Positions 39,651-48,934 of a stretch of DNA of 64,000 nt are shown one piece after another (the stretch's first letter is position 1; every line of letters starts with the position of its first letter). The notes under the pieces were generated by a model that saw nothing but the letters and a program-made list of their open reading frames with translations, searched no databases and was not told where the DNA came from. Origin of the DNA: Candidatus Latescibacterota bacterium (lineage in GTDB: Bacteria; Latescibacterota; UBA2968; UBA8231); NCBI GenBank assembly GCA_965203355.1, contig OZ241889.1, positions 128,001 to 192,000 on the forward strand, written 5' to 3'. The translations under genes and the position numbers were made by a program.

Positions 39651-40766
39651 TTATTCCTCAATCAGTTCCACATTTGCCCGCGGCACTACCGCCTGTTCTC
39701 CATCTTCAAACTCTACGGCCAATACCCGCACCCGCGCCCCAGACTCCACCGTACACAGCTCGGTCGGCAAGTCGCAGACGCGCCCAATCCGCCCAAAATA
39801 GGGCATCCGAATTACCCGCAACAAATCGCCCACCTGCAATCCTTTCGCGCCCGGTCGCACCTCTTCTGCCTCTTGGTCAGCGGCCGTGGGGACGATAATC
39901 TCCGGCCGCAACACGCCAGCGCGGATTTGAGTCGCACCGGCCATAGACGCATCCATGCCAGCGCAGGCCTGCAGAATATCAAATGTCTTGCGCGCCATGG
40001 CGACGCGGCCAAAGCCCTCGGTCGCTACTACCGTCAGGCCGATTTGCTCCGTCCCGGTGATAGCCACACCCAAATCGCGGCCAAGCAGGTCGCGCAAGTC
40101 GCTGTCGCGCAAACCGCCGCCGATCAACCCCACGGCACCTGCCTGCCGGGCCTGTTCCACAGTCTCCGCGCTAATCAGACTGCCTACCACGACAATTTTG
40201 CCTGCAACTTCCGGGCCCAGCGACTCGGCTGCGGTGTCAGGCGCCTCAACCGCCAAGTGCAGCGCACCCCAGCACTCCCCGCCCACGCCGAAAATGCCCT
40301 GGATGTAAGCACCTCGCGCTGCGACGCGCACACCTTCCTCGGCAAAAACTTCCTCGACAACCCCATCGACGTAAGCCAGCACTTCGACCGGCCTAGGAGC
40401 TTGCCGCAATATCACCTGACCCGTAACCGGCGAAATGCTCTCGACGGTGCCGCTGACCGGGGATTCAATCGTGGTCTTGAACCAGCGAATAAACGGCTTG
40501 GTCTCGGCGAGAGGCTCGCCAGCTTCGACCCGGTCGCCTTCCTTTTTGAGCATATAGCTAGCTAGATCTTGCGGCGAGGTGCCTAGGCGGTTGACCAAGT
40601 TGAGCGTCGCTACCTCGCCCGGCAATTCGGTGCGGGCCACGACTTGGTCGCGCCGCACCACTTGGTCTCGCTCAACGACCACTTCGCCTTTGAGGGGCAA
40701 ACGCCGCTCTTTGTGGATGATGGCGCGTTGCGTCACGCGCAGTCCAGGGGTATAAGCATGGGCCAT
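39651..40766 (-). CDS. Hypothetical soluble protein with barrel-sandwich-hybrid, swivel-like and KOW-like domains
   Basis: LKKEGDRVEAGEPLA..SPVSGTV (biotinyl/RnfC-like hybrid), GKIVVVGS..ARQAGAVGLIGGG (swivelling beta/beta/alpha-like), LQVGDLLRVIRMPYFGRIGRV (KOW). Confidence 0.75.
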   Translation of the reverse strand: MAHAYTPGLRVTQRAIIHKERRLPLKGEVVVERDQVVRRDQVVARTELPGEVATLNLVNRLGTSPQDLASYMLKKEGDRVEAGEPLAETKPFIRWFKTTIESPVSGTVESISPVTGQVILRQAPRPVEVLAYVDGVVEEVFAEEGVRVAARGAYIQGIFGVGGECWGALHLAVEAPDTAAESLGPEVAGKIVVVGSLISAETVEQARQAGAVGLIGGGLRDSDLRDLLGRDLGVAITGTEQIGLTVVATEGFGRVAMARKTFDILQACAGMDASMAGATQIRAGVLRPEIIVPTAADQEAEEVRPGAKGLQVGDLLRVIRMPYFGRIGRVCDLPTELCTVESGARVRVLAVEFEDGEQAVVPRANVELIEE

Positions 40767-40769
40767 GAG

Positions 40770-42551
40770 CTACTCGTATAGGTTTAGCGCCTGCTGCCAG
40801 TCGCTTATCTGACGCCGGCGGTCTTGATCTGACGCCATCTGGATGGGCCGCCCGCGCCCATCCAACACTAGCCCGACTACGCCACCGCGCACTCGTGCGT
40901 TTAGAGCTTGCCCCGGGCCAGCCCCCACATCCCACCGCCGCGCCGGCTGGAGCGAGACTTCGACCACCTCGCCATCGGCCAAAGGCATCCGCTGTAACTG
41001 GCCGATCGGTAACTGGCCGGTTTGACGCCCGCTGGGCAGGTCTATTTCGTATTGGAGGCAGACCTCGCCGGCCTTGCCCTCGCCGACAGGAGCCACACAG
41101 GTGCCCAAGTAGATCAGGCAATCGCGCTCGAAAACCTCGGTGGCAGCGCGCTTGTCCACAGTCGAGAGGACTCCCAAGTGAGGCATCATAAAGATACTAT
41201 CGACCGCCAAGCGGGTGACGCCTTCGGGCTGGAAGGCATCTATGAGCATGGCGCAACTTTGCTCGCGGCGGGGCGCGTGTGAGAGCACTCCGCCGCTGCC
41301 GACTAGCAGGTCCAGCCCCATCATCTCAACTAAACTCTCGCCGGTGGCCCCCTGCTCAAAAACATCGGCCAGCGTGCGCTTGCTCTGCACTCCCTTCAAC
41401 CCCACCGCCAACGCCCGATGCTGATCAAAGGCCAAGCGCAGTGCTTCGCGGGCAATGGCTTGCTCAACTTGTAGTTCCTGCATGAGTTGTGGGATGGTCG
41501 TCGGGCGAATCATCTTGTTTTTGATCCGGTCGCGGAGGTCGGCCTCCTCAATGTCAAAAGGAACCCAGCGCATGATTTGGCCGAGGCCGGCCTCGGCCAA
41601 CACGTTGGAGACGCTATAGGACATGCCGAGATTAGCACTGACCGTGCGGTTGAACACGCCGTCGAAAACGCTGAATACATCGGTCGTCGCCCCACCGATA
41701 TCCACGCCGACGACGTCGATCCCCTGCTGGCGGGCAATAGTCTGCATGATCTCGCCCACCGCCCCGGGCGTCGGCATAATCGGCGCACTGGCCCAGCCCA
41801 TCAGCTTGCTGTAGCCAGGAGCCTGCGCCATGACGTGCTCGAGGAAGAGGTCGTGAATGACGTGCCGCGCCGGGTCCAGATTTTCCTCTTCGAGCACGGG
41901 GCGGATATTCTCGGTAACAGTCAGGGCCATCTTCCCTCCCAGTGCCTTTCCGACCTCCTCGCGTGCGTCCTCATTGCCGGCAAAAATGACCGGCAACTTA
42001 AAGCCGGCGCCAAAGCGGGGCTTGGGATCGGCCGCGCTGATGAATTCGGCCAGTTCGACCACGTGACTGACGGTGCCGCCATCCGTGCCGCCCGACAGCA
42101 ATACCATATCGGGGCGCAACTGGCGAATCCGCTCTATTTTTTCGTGCGGCAAGCGCCTATCGTTGGCGGCGAGCGCGTCCATGACGATCGCCCCGGCACC
42201 CAAGGCGCAACGCTGGGCACTCTCGCCGGTCATCGCCAGGACCACACCGGCCACTACCATCTGCAATCCACCGCCCGCACTGCTCGTCGAGACGTAGCTA
42301 TCGACCCCGACATCGCCGGCGGCCGGCGTGATAATCCGCTCGCCATCGAGGATCTGCCGCCCGGAAAGCTCCTCGACCTCTTGAATGGCGTTGAGAACTC
42401 CCCGAGTGACGTCTTCAAAGGGGGCCTCAACCGTGGTTGGAGCCTCGCCGCGAAAGGTCTGGCGATACCCTTCTTCCTTCTTTTCGATCAGGATCGCCTT
42501 GGTCGTCGTACTGCCGCAGTCCGTGGCGATAACTACGTTGAGTTCATCCAT
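40770..42551 (-). CDS. GlmL/MutL (glutamate mutase L)-family actin-like ATPase
   Basis: Start at MDELN (42551). ASKHA motifs TDCGSTTTK (phosphate 1), VDIGGATTDVFS (phosphate 2), VGSGGVLSH (adenosine). SSAGGGL, LLSGGTDGG and MPTPGAV are typical of GlmL. Confidence 0.85.
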   Translation of the reverse strand: MDELNVVIATDCGSTTTKAILIEKKEEGYRQTFRGEAPTTVEAPFEDVTRGVLNAIQEVEELSGRQILDGERIITPAAGDVGVDSYVSTSSAGGGLQMVVAGVVLAMTGESAQRCALGAGAIVMDALAANDRRLPHEKIERIRQLRPDMVLLSGGTDGGTVSHVVELAEFISAADPKPRFGAGFKLPVIFAGNEDAREEVGKALGGKMALTVTENIRPVLEEENLDPARHVIHDLFLEHVMAQAPGYSKLMGWASAPIMPTPGAVGEIMQTIARQQGIDVVGVDIGGATTDVFSVFDGVFNRTVSANLGMSYSVSNVLAEAGLGQIMRWVPFDIEEADLRDRIKNKMIRPTTIPQLMQELQVEQAIAREALRLAFDQHRALAVGLKGVQSKRTLADVFEQGATGESLVEMMGLDLLVGSGGVLSHAPRREQSCAMLIDAFQPEGVTRLAVDSIFMMPHLGVLSTVDKRAATEVFERDCLIYLGTCVAPVGEGKAGEVCLQYEIDLPSGRQTGQLPIGQLQRMPLADGEVVEVSLQPARRWDVGAGPGQALNARVRGGVVGLVLDGRGRPIQMASDQDRRRQISDWQQALNLYE

Positions 42552-42879
42552 GTTTGTGGCTTTCGCGCTGGGCAATGGCCTCCGCAAGTAGGTCTATAGA
42601 TTGGCGTCGCTCCAACATGCGCGTAAATCGCTCGTACTCGTCACGCGAAAAAACCAGCGTGGCAAACGGGGCCAAAAAGGTCAGGGCTTGGCTACCCAAA
42701 AAGTTGAGGGGACGACAAGCCTCCAACGCCATAGACGCAGCCGCTCCCATGCGGCGACGCACTATAAACTCGGCTAACCGCTCGGCCAGCGCACGCTCTT
42801 CCTCAGACCAACTCGCCTCCGGGTCTTCGAGGGCAAAAGCGCGTCGCCACCGCTCTTTCAAGCTATTGACTTGGAACAT
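42544..42879 (-). CDS. Small helical hypothetical protein
   Basis: Start at MFQVN. LEACRPLNFLGSQAL.FLAPF motif. Overlaps both neighbours. Confidence 0.7.
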   Translation of the reverse strand: MFQVNSLKERWRRAFALEDPEASWSEEERALAERLAEFIVRRRMGAAASMALEACRPLNFLGSQALTFLAPFATLVFSRDEYERFTRMLERRQSIDLLAEAIAQRESHKHG

Positions 42880-43279
42880 GGCACCGAACGAAATGCACAA
42901 CTTCTTCGCGGTTCTGCTCAAAGCGCAAAAAAACGCCGCGAAAGGAATCCAGCCGACTCGGGCGAGCAGATGGACGCAAAAAAATGCCGTCCCAATGTTC
43001 ATCTACTCGACGGAATTCCGCCCAAGAGCGGCGCTGCTTGAAACCGAGATGTTCGCTGTTGATCCCCTCGCTGTCGAGCACATAGCGCGTGGGAAAGAAG
43101 TAGCGCGACAGCGAGGCGGTCAATGCCCCGAGCGAAAATGCCCCGTACAACCAATGCTCAAACCCAAAGGCAGCGGCCGCTGAGGAAGCGATGATGAGCG
43201 CGACCAGTAGCACTGATTTGGCCGGCCGCTCCCGGCGCAAGGGGTGAATTGCCCAGCGAAGCGGGGCTGCGAAGGACAC
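42863..43279 (-). CDS. Hypothetical 2-TM protein with PH-like C-terminal domain
   Basis: Probable GTG start 10 nt after the SBP stop (AAGGA RBS). W..HP, two TMs, YFFPTRYVL..W..FRR..GIFL.P..LDSFRGVFLRF. Confidence 0.65.
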   Translation of the reverse strand: MSFAAPLRWAIHPLRRERPAKSVLLVALIIASSAAAAFGFEHWLYGAFSLGALTASLSRYFFPTRYVLDSEGINSEHLGFKQRRSWAEFRRVDEHWDGIFLRPSARPSRLDSFRGVFLRFEQNREEVVHFVRCHVPSQ

Positions 43280-43289
43280 CGACGTGTCC

Positions 43290-45125
43290 TTAGTACATCT
43301 GCATTTTCTGCGCGACCCACCAATCTTGCAAGCGGACGCCAGGGGGATACCAAGTGACGCCACTGAAGCGGCGGCTATAAGCTTGGGCCGTGCGCGGCTT
43401 CCACAAAAAGGTATAGGGCTGTTCCTCGTGCAGGATTTCTTGAAAGCGCTGGTAGAGTGCGATGCGCCTTTCCATGTCGAACTCGCGGCGGTAGGTCTCC
43501 AAGATGTCGTCAACCTCGGCGTTGATGAAGCTCACCGCGTTGGAACCGTTCGCTACGGCCTGGGAGGAATGCCAGATCTGGTAACCGTCGGGCGCGAACT
43601 TCACATTGCCGGTCCAAGCCAGCACCATGGCGTCAAAATCCTTGCCGCGGACTTTTTGCAAAAAAATCGACCAATCTAACTCGCGCACTTGGCAGTCAAT
43701 GCCGATGTCCTGCAACTCGTATTGCAAAGTCAGGGCGATGTCCTTGCGGATCTGGTTGCCCGAATTGATCAAAATCTCAAAGCGAAATGGCACCCGATTT
43801 CCGCTGATGGCCTTATCGAGAATGCCGTCCTCGTCGGCGTCCTCCCAGCCAGCTTCCGCCAGCAGGTCGAGGGCGCGGTCGGGATCATACGCGTACGGCG
43901 CGAGATCGTGGTTGTATTCGGGGCGGAACTTGTGAATCGGCCCCTCCACCGCTTCGGCTAGGCCGAACATGATGTTTTCGACCATGCCCTCGCGGTCGGT
44001 TAGATAGGTCATGGCTTGGCGCACCCGCTTGTCGCCAAAAATTGGATGATTGTTGTTCCAGCCGATGTACAAATATCCACCAGCATAGCTAACGCCTTTG
44101 AGGAAGCGGCGGTTGAAGTCTTCCGACCAACTCTTTTCCTTAAATTCCAATGGGCGCAGAGCGTGGTAGTCGAGATTGCCATTGGTCAACTCGATGAATG
44201 CCGCGTCAGTATTGTTGATGATGTTAAAGACGATCTTATCGACAAAGCCAGGCGGCAGTAGCCCTTCCACATCTCGCCCCCAGTAGTTTTCGTTCCGCGT
44301 CAGCACGATTTTTTGTTGAGTGACCAAGTCGCGCTCTGGATCTTCTATTATATACGGCCCCGAGCCTAGGACCTTGCGGTTGAAATTTTGATTGAATTGT
44401 TCGGCAAAGCGCTCGACTCGCTCTTTGTGTGGCCCCTCCGCCCAAGAACCATCCACCAAACTCTTGACCTCGACCGGGTCCAGCAAACCCTCTGGATCGT
44501 AAAAGTGCTTAGGCAAGATATCGAAGCCGCCCAAGATCAGGTCATTGCGGAAATAGCGCTTGTCGCACAGAAAGCTGACCTTGTTCGCGCCTACCTGCTG
44601 TACCGCTTCGACAGCGGCGTAGTAGTTGCGCAGATGCGGCGCTAGCACTTGGGGATTGTGAATGACCTTCATGCTGAAGACGACGTCCGCCGCCGTCAGC
44701 CGCTTGCCGTCTGAGAAGTAAACCCCGTCGCGCAGTTCAAACGTATAGGTGAGTTTGTCCGCAGAAATCTCCGGGTAGCCCTTGGCGATTAGCCCTCGCA
44801 ACGCATAGGGCGGATCCGAGTCGGCTTCGAGCAGGCTTTCAAGTACGTAATTCAAGACCGTGCTGGCACCGGCATCATTAGCGGTGTACGGATTGAGTTT
44901 TTCGGGGTCGGACAGCATGTGGCGCACCATCCAATCACCGTAGGTCGGCTCTTCTCCGCTCTCGTAGCGCAGCGACGCCTTCTCAATGCCGTCGAGCACG
45001 ACGATATCCTCGGTACTCATGAGAATTTCCTGCACTACTTCCCATGATTCCTCCTCAGCGGCGACATGACCGCCGATGCAGACACCCAACCAAGCAGCCA
45101 CTATGGACATTCTAACTTTCGGCAT
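43290..45125 (-). CDS. Family-5 peptide ABC transporter substrate-binding protein
   Basis: DPEKLNPY, TYTFELRDGVYFSDG..TAADVVFS, GSGPY, DKRVRQAM, LLAEAGW, FQEILHEEQPY. Confidence 0.92.
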   Translation of the reverse strand: MPKVRMSIVAAWLGVCIGGHVAAEEESWEVVQEILMSTEDIVVLDGIEKASLRYESGEEPTYGDWMVRHMLSDPEKLNPYTANDAGASTVLNYVLESLLEADSDPPYALRGLIAKGYPEISADKLTYTFELRDGVYFSDGKRLTAADVVFSMKVIHNPQVLAPHLRNYYAAVEAVQQVGANKVSFLCDKRYFRNDLILGGFDILPKHFYDPEGLLDPVEVKSLVDGSWAEGPHKERVERFAEQFNQNFNRKVLGSGPYIIEDPERDLVTQQKIVLTRNENYWGRDVEGLLPPGFVDKIVFNIINNTDAAFIELTNGNLDYHALRPLEFKEKSWSEDFNRRFLKGVSYAGGYLYIGWNNNHPIFGDKRVRQAMTYLTDREGMVENIMFGLAEAVEGPIHKFRPEYNHDLAPYAYDPDRALDLLAEAGWEDADEDGILDKAISGNRVPFRFEILINSGNQIRKDIALTLQYELQDIGIDCQVRELDWSIFLQKVRGKDFDAMVLAWTGNVKFAPDGYQIWHSSQAVANGSNAVSFINAEVDDILETYRREFDMERRIALYQRFQEILHEEQPYTFLWKPRTAQAYSRRFSGVTWYPPGVRLQDWWVAQKMQMY

Positions 45126-45158
45126 ACTCTCTCCTTTTAATTAGCTAAACCAAATCCA

Positions 45159-46079
45159 TCAAACGAAGGTCAACCACCCGTGCGGGTCCTCAGCTCCGAC
45201 GCGGACCACGGCGAAAAAGGCATCTTGGATCTGTGCGGTGATCGGCCCGCACTTCCCACAGCCGATTTGCACTTGGTCTATAGCGCGAATCGGCGTGATT
45301 TCGGCGGCCGTGCCAGTGAAGAAAACCTCGTCGGCAATATAGAGAAACTCGCGTGGAATACCGCGCTGCTCAACCCGCATCCCCAAGTCGCGTATCAAGG
45401 TTATGGCGGTGTGGCGGGTGATGCCCGGCAGAATGGCAAAACACGACTCAGGCGTGTAGATCGAGCCGTTCTTGATGACAAAGATATTCTCGCCGCTGCC
45501 CTCGCTCACCAACCCATCTGTTCCCAAAACAATACCCTCGTCGTAGCCGTTGGCATTGGCTTCAATCCGCACGAGCTGCGAGTTGAGGTAGTTGCCGCCG
45601 GCCTTGGCCAAGGCGGGAAACGTATTCGGGGCCATGCGGTTCCACGACGAGGTGCAGACCGAAACGCCGTTTTTCAGCGCCGCCTCTCCGAGGTACTCTC
45701 CCCACTCCCACACGGCGATCACCACGTCAACCGGGCACCCCATCGGATCAACTCCCAAGTTCTTATAGCCGCGGAAGACAACCGGGCGAATATAGCAGGC
45801 CGCGAGCTGATTGACGCGGATCGTCTCGAGAATGGCCTCGGTGATTTCCTCCCGCGTATAGGGAATGTCCATGCGGTAGATTTTGGCGGAATCAAATAAC
45901 CTGTTGACGTGCTCGTCGAGGCGGAATACGGCCGAGCCTTTCGCGGTCTCGTAACAGCGAATGCCTTCAAAGACGCTCGAGCCGTAGTGTACTACGTGGG
46001 AAAGCACGTGGATCTTGGCGTCGTCCCAATCGACCCATTGGCCATTGAACCAGATTTTATCGCATTTGGGCAGGGGCAT
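45159..46079 (-). CDS. ilvE: Branched-chain amino acid aminotransferase
   Basis: [54 protein letters not shown]. Confidence 0.97.
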   Translation of the reverse strand: MPLPKCDKIWFNGQWVDWDDAKIHVLSHVVHYGSSVFEGIRCYETAKGSAVFRLDEHVNRLFDSAKIYRMDIPYTREEITEAILETIRVNQLAACYIRPVVFRGYKNLGVDPMGCPVDVVIAVWEWGEYLGEAALKNGVSVCTSSWNRMAPNTFPALAKAGGNYLNSQLVRIEANANGYDEGIVLGTDGLVSEGSGENIFVIKNGSIYTPESCFAILPGITRHTAITLIRDLGMRVEQRGIPREFLYIADEVFFTGTAAEITPIRAIDQVQIGCGKCGPITAQIQDAFFAVVRVGAEDPHGWLTFV

Positions 46080-46154
46080 CTAGAAAATCTCCTTGGGCAA
46101 GTATGCGAGTAATTAAGGTAACATCACAGTGAAACCGCTACCAGTGTTAAGCGA

Positions 46155-48110
46155 TTACAACGTTCGCGTATAGGTTACATTCAAGCTGTCAAACGTGCCG
46201 CTGCGCTGGATACTGCGGCTGCCACGCAAGACGAGCTTGTTGTCGCTGCCGACCGGATTGTAGTTAAAACTCACCGCCAGAGTCCGGTGTTTGTTGTGGC
46301 GGTTGAGGGAACGCGACTGAGCAAACTCGAAGTATTCGTAATCCCACTGGCGATCGCGCCTATAGGTATAGGTTGCGCCGACCGAGTAGTCAGGGCTGGG
46401 CGAGTAGGTCATGCCGAATTGAAGAGTGTATCTGGCGTTTTCCTCTTCGACGATCTGGGTGCCGTTTTCCAAAATCAGCGTACCGTCATCGTTGGCCGAA
46501 TAGTTGTAGCGTGCGTTGAGCGCAAGGTCGTCTAGCACCTTGCGCCGCAGCGAGTGTGCCATGCTCCAGCCGCGGCGGATATTGCTTTTGCGCGACGACT
46601 CGCGGCGATTGACTTGGCGATCGAAATCGTAGATGATGCGCCGCGCCGAGACGCTGAATCGGTGCGAAAAGGACGTGTCCAAGCGCTCGTAATTGGTGCC
46701 GACATTGAGCGAAATGTCGCGGTTGCGCGCGTTGTCCACGGCGCGGGTGGCGTGCAGGTTCACGCGATGCAAGAAGCTATTTTTGAGGTCAACGCTGAGC
46801 TTGACACCCGATCGCAGGGTGCCGTCATAGCTGAGGCTCACGCTGTTGTTGAAGGTGTCGCGGTCCTGCTTGGGGGCCCCTGGGTTTTCCGAGCGTTTGA
46901 TCTCGCCAAAGGTCGCCAACCGCAGCGAATGCCCATCGGCCAAGGGCCAGTTGAGAGAGCCGTTGAGAAAGAGATTGCGATTGATCTCGTCGGACCTTCG
47001 ATCGCGGCACGTTCCGTCCGCCGAGCGCGTGAAGTGGCTATCGCAAAGGCTGGTATCAGGCACCCGCACGGCCAGCCGACGCACGTCGCTGCCTTTGAAG
47101 CGGACGCTGGTGTTGAGGACCAGCTTCTCGACCAACTTGCCCGAAAGGGACGCGCTCCAGCTAAAGTTCTCGCCGAGGCGATCCTTGCCAAAGAAGCGGT
47201 TGTCTAAATCCTGGATCGCATTGTCGGTGTTGGTGTGTTCGTTCTTACTGTACGAGGCACTGTTTTTTATTTTAAAGCGCCCTAGATCAAACTCCACGTT
47301 GGAGGAAAAGCTAGTGCTGCGCGTTTTCGCCAACTCGGCACTGACCACCGTGTCGCGCACCACAGCCTCGCCGACTATAGCCTCGCTGATGGCGCGGCGC
47401 GAGCGGCCCTTCTGAGAGCGGTTTTCAGACATACTCAGGGCGACGCGCACATCGCCGGGAAAAGTATAGCTCACATTGCCGCTCAGCCGCTCGCTGCGGT
47501 CCTTGTTGTGTTCGAGCGTATCGTCTGTTTTGCTCAGCGAAATCGAGTTATTCAGCTTCTTGTCCGCAATCTCAATGTCGGGTGAGACCCTCAGCGAAGC
47601 ATTGTAGCGGATCCCGGTCTCCTTGATGGTGCTGTCGAGGCTGGCGCGGCTAGCGCGGGTGGCCTTGATCAGGCTCGGAACCAAGTTGGCACTCAGACTC
47701 TTGAATGGACCGCTGCTCAGTGGCTTAGACCCAAAGCCAAAGTCAAAGGACTGGCTGTGCGTCTTCTGCTTGTGCAGCGTTACGTTGCGCGTACTCATGC
47801 TGGCACCGAGGCTGATGGTGGCCTTGGGGCCGAGAATGGGATAGTTGACCCGAGATCGGGCCGAGGCATTGTCCTGCCAACTCTTGCCGGTACTGCGATC
47901 GTAGAGGCTAAACCCCATATTCGCCGATGCGTTGATCGCCAGCTTGGAGGTCGAGTCCCCTACCGCCGAAAACCGCACGGGCGTCGAGTAGCTCCAGCTA
48001 GGAAACGAATGGTTCCAAGAGGTTTGGGAACTGGAGCGGCGGAAGTTGAGCGTGTACTGTGCATCGGCCGCCGTCCATGCGACCAATACCAGCCACAAGA
48101 CCGGCTTCAC
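46155..48110 (-). CDS. Hypothetical outer-membrane beta-barrel protein
   Basis: Signal peptide ending ADA. Ser/Asn/Arg-rich with continuous amphipathic strand pattern. C-terminal LNVTYTRTL. Confidence 0.6.
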   Translation of the reverse strand: MKPVLWLVLVAWTAADAQYTLNFRRSSSQTSWNHSFPSWSYSTPVRFSAVGDSTSKLAINASANMGFSLYDRSTGKSWQDNASARSRVNYPILGPKATISLGASMSTRNVTLHKQKTHSQSFDFGFGSKPLSSGPFKSLSANLVPSLIKATRASRASLDSTIKETGIRYNASLRVSPDIEIADKKLNNSISLSKTDDTLEHNKDRSERLSGNVSYTFPGDVRVALSMSENRSQKGRSRRAISEAIVGEAVVRDTVVSAELAKTRSTSFSSNVEFDLGRFKIKNSASYSKNEHTNTDNAIQDLDNRFFGKDRLGENFSWSASLSGKLVEKLVLNTSVRFKGSDVRRLAVRVPDTSLCDSHFTRSADGTCRDRRSDEINRNLFLNGSLNWPLADGHSLRLATFGEIKRSENPGAPKQDRDTFNNSVSLSYDGTLRSGVKLSVDLKNSFLHRVNLHATRAVDNARNRDISLNVGTNYERLDTSFSHRFSVSARRIIYDFDRQVNRRESSRKSNIRRGWSMAHSLRRKVLDDLALNARYNYSANDDGTLILENGTQIVEEENARYTLQFGMTYSPSPDYSVGATYTYRRDRQWDYEYFEFAQSRSLNRHNKHRTLAVSFNYNPVGSDNKLVLRGSRSIQRSGTFDSLNVTYTRTL

Positions 48111-48934
48111 GGCCTATTCTCTCTCAAATGCGAGCAGGCGTCGCTCAGCCGGACGAATTCCGCTAGCGACAATTCCTCCGGGCGGCGCGTTAGTTCGATT
48201 CCCGCCTGCTGGCCGAGGGCTTCCAGCCAAGGCCGCCCGCCCTCGGGATTGAGACCGAGGAGCGAATTGCGCAGCATCTTGCGCCGCTGGCCAAAGGCTC
48301 GGCGCACCAAGCGGTCGAAACAGTCCACGTCCTGTACTGCATAGCGGGGCTTGGGAATAAAGCGCAACTCGACTACGGACGAATCCACGGCCGGCACGGG
48401 CCGGAAGCAATCGCGTTCCACCGACAAGCGCATCTCCACTTCGGCGCGCATGGCCACCAACACCGACAACAGGCTGTAATCTTTTGAACCGGGGCTGGCG
48501 ACCAAGCGCCGAGCTACTTCGCGTTGGACCATGACGATGGCGCGGCTGATACAATCGGCGTGAGCGAGCAGGTGAAAAATTAGCGGAGCGGTGATGTTGT
48601 AGGGAAGATTGCCGACGATCAGCAGGCGGCACCCGCCCGCATCCCGTAGAACCTCCCCGAGATCAACTTGCAGAATATCCCCTTCTATCAAGCACAACTT
48701 ACGCGCATCTTGGCGCGCGCGCAGCAAAGCCACCAAATCGCGATCGATTTCTACGGCCACTAGGCGATCCAGAGCAGCGAGCAGCACTTCGGTCAACGCG
48801 CCCCGGCCTGGGCCAATCTCGACCACCACCTCGCCAGCGGCCGGACGCACCAGCCCCGCAATGGCCTCTATAACACCCCGAGCGACGAGGAAATGCTGGG
48901 CAAAGCGCAACCGCGGTCGGTGGGCGTTTACCAA
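48107..48934 (-). CDS. rsmA: 16S rRNA m6,2A1518/1519 dimethyltransferase
   Basis: QHFL, VEIGPGRGALT, EIDRDL, GNLPYNIT, MVQREVA, FGQRRKMLRN. Confidence 0.96.
   Translation of the reverse strand: MVNAHRPRLRFAQHFLVARGVIEAIAGLVRPAAGEVVVEIGPGRGALTEVLLAALDRLVAVEIDRDLVALLRARQDARKLCLIEGDILQVDLGEVLRDAGGCRLLIVGNLPYNITAPLIFHLLAHADCISRAIVMVQREVARRLVASPGSKDYSLLSVLVAMRAEVEMRLSVERDCFRPVPAVDSSVVELRFIPKPRYAVQDVDCFDRLVRRAFGQRRKMLRNSLLGLNPEGGRPWLEALGQQAGIELTRRPEELSLAEFVRLSDACSHLRENRP

Noticed and set aside
40770-42551. DNA mismatch-repair MutL or a functional glutamate mutase
   Set aside because: The motifs are ASKHA (actin-like), not GHKL. The MutL name is shared only historically, and no mutase subunits are present.
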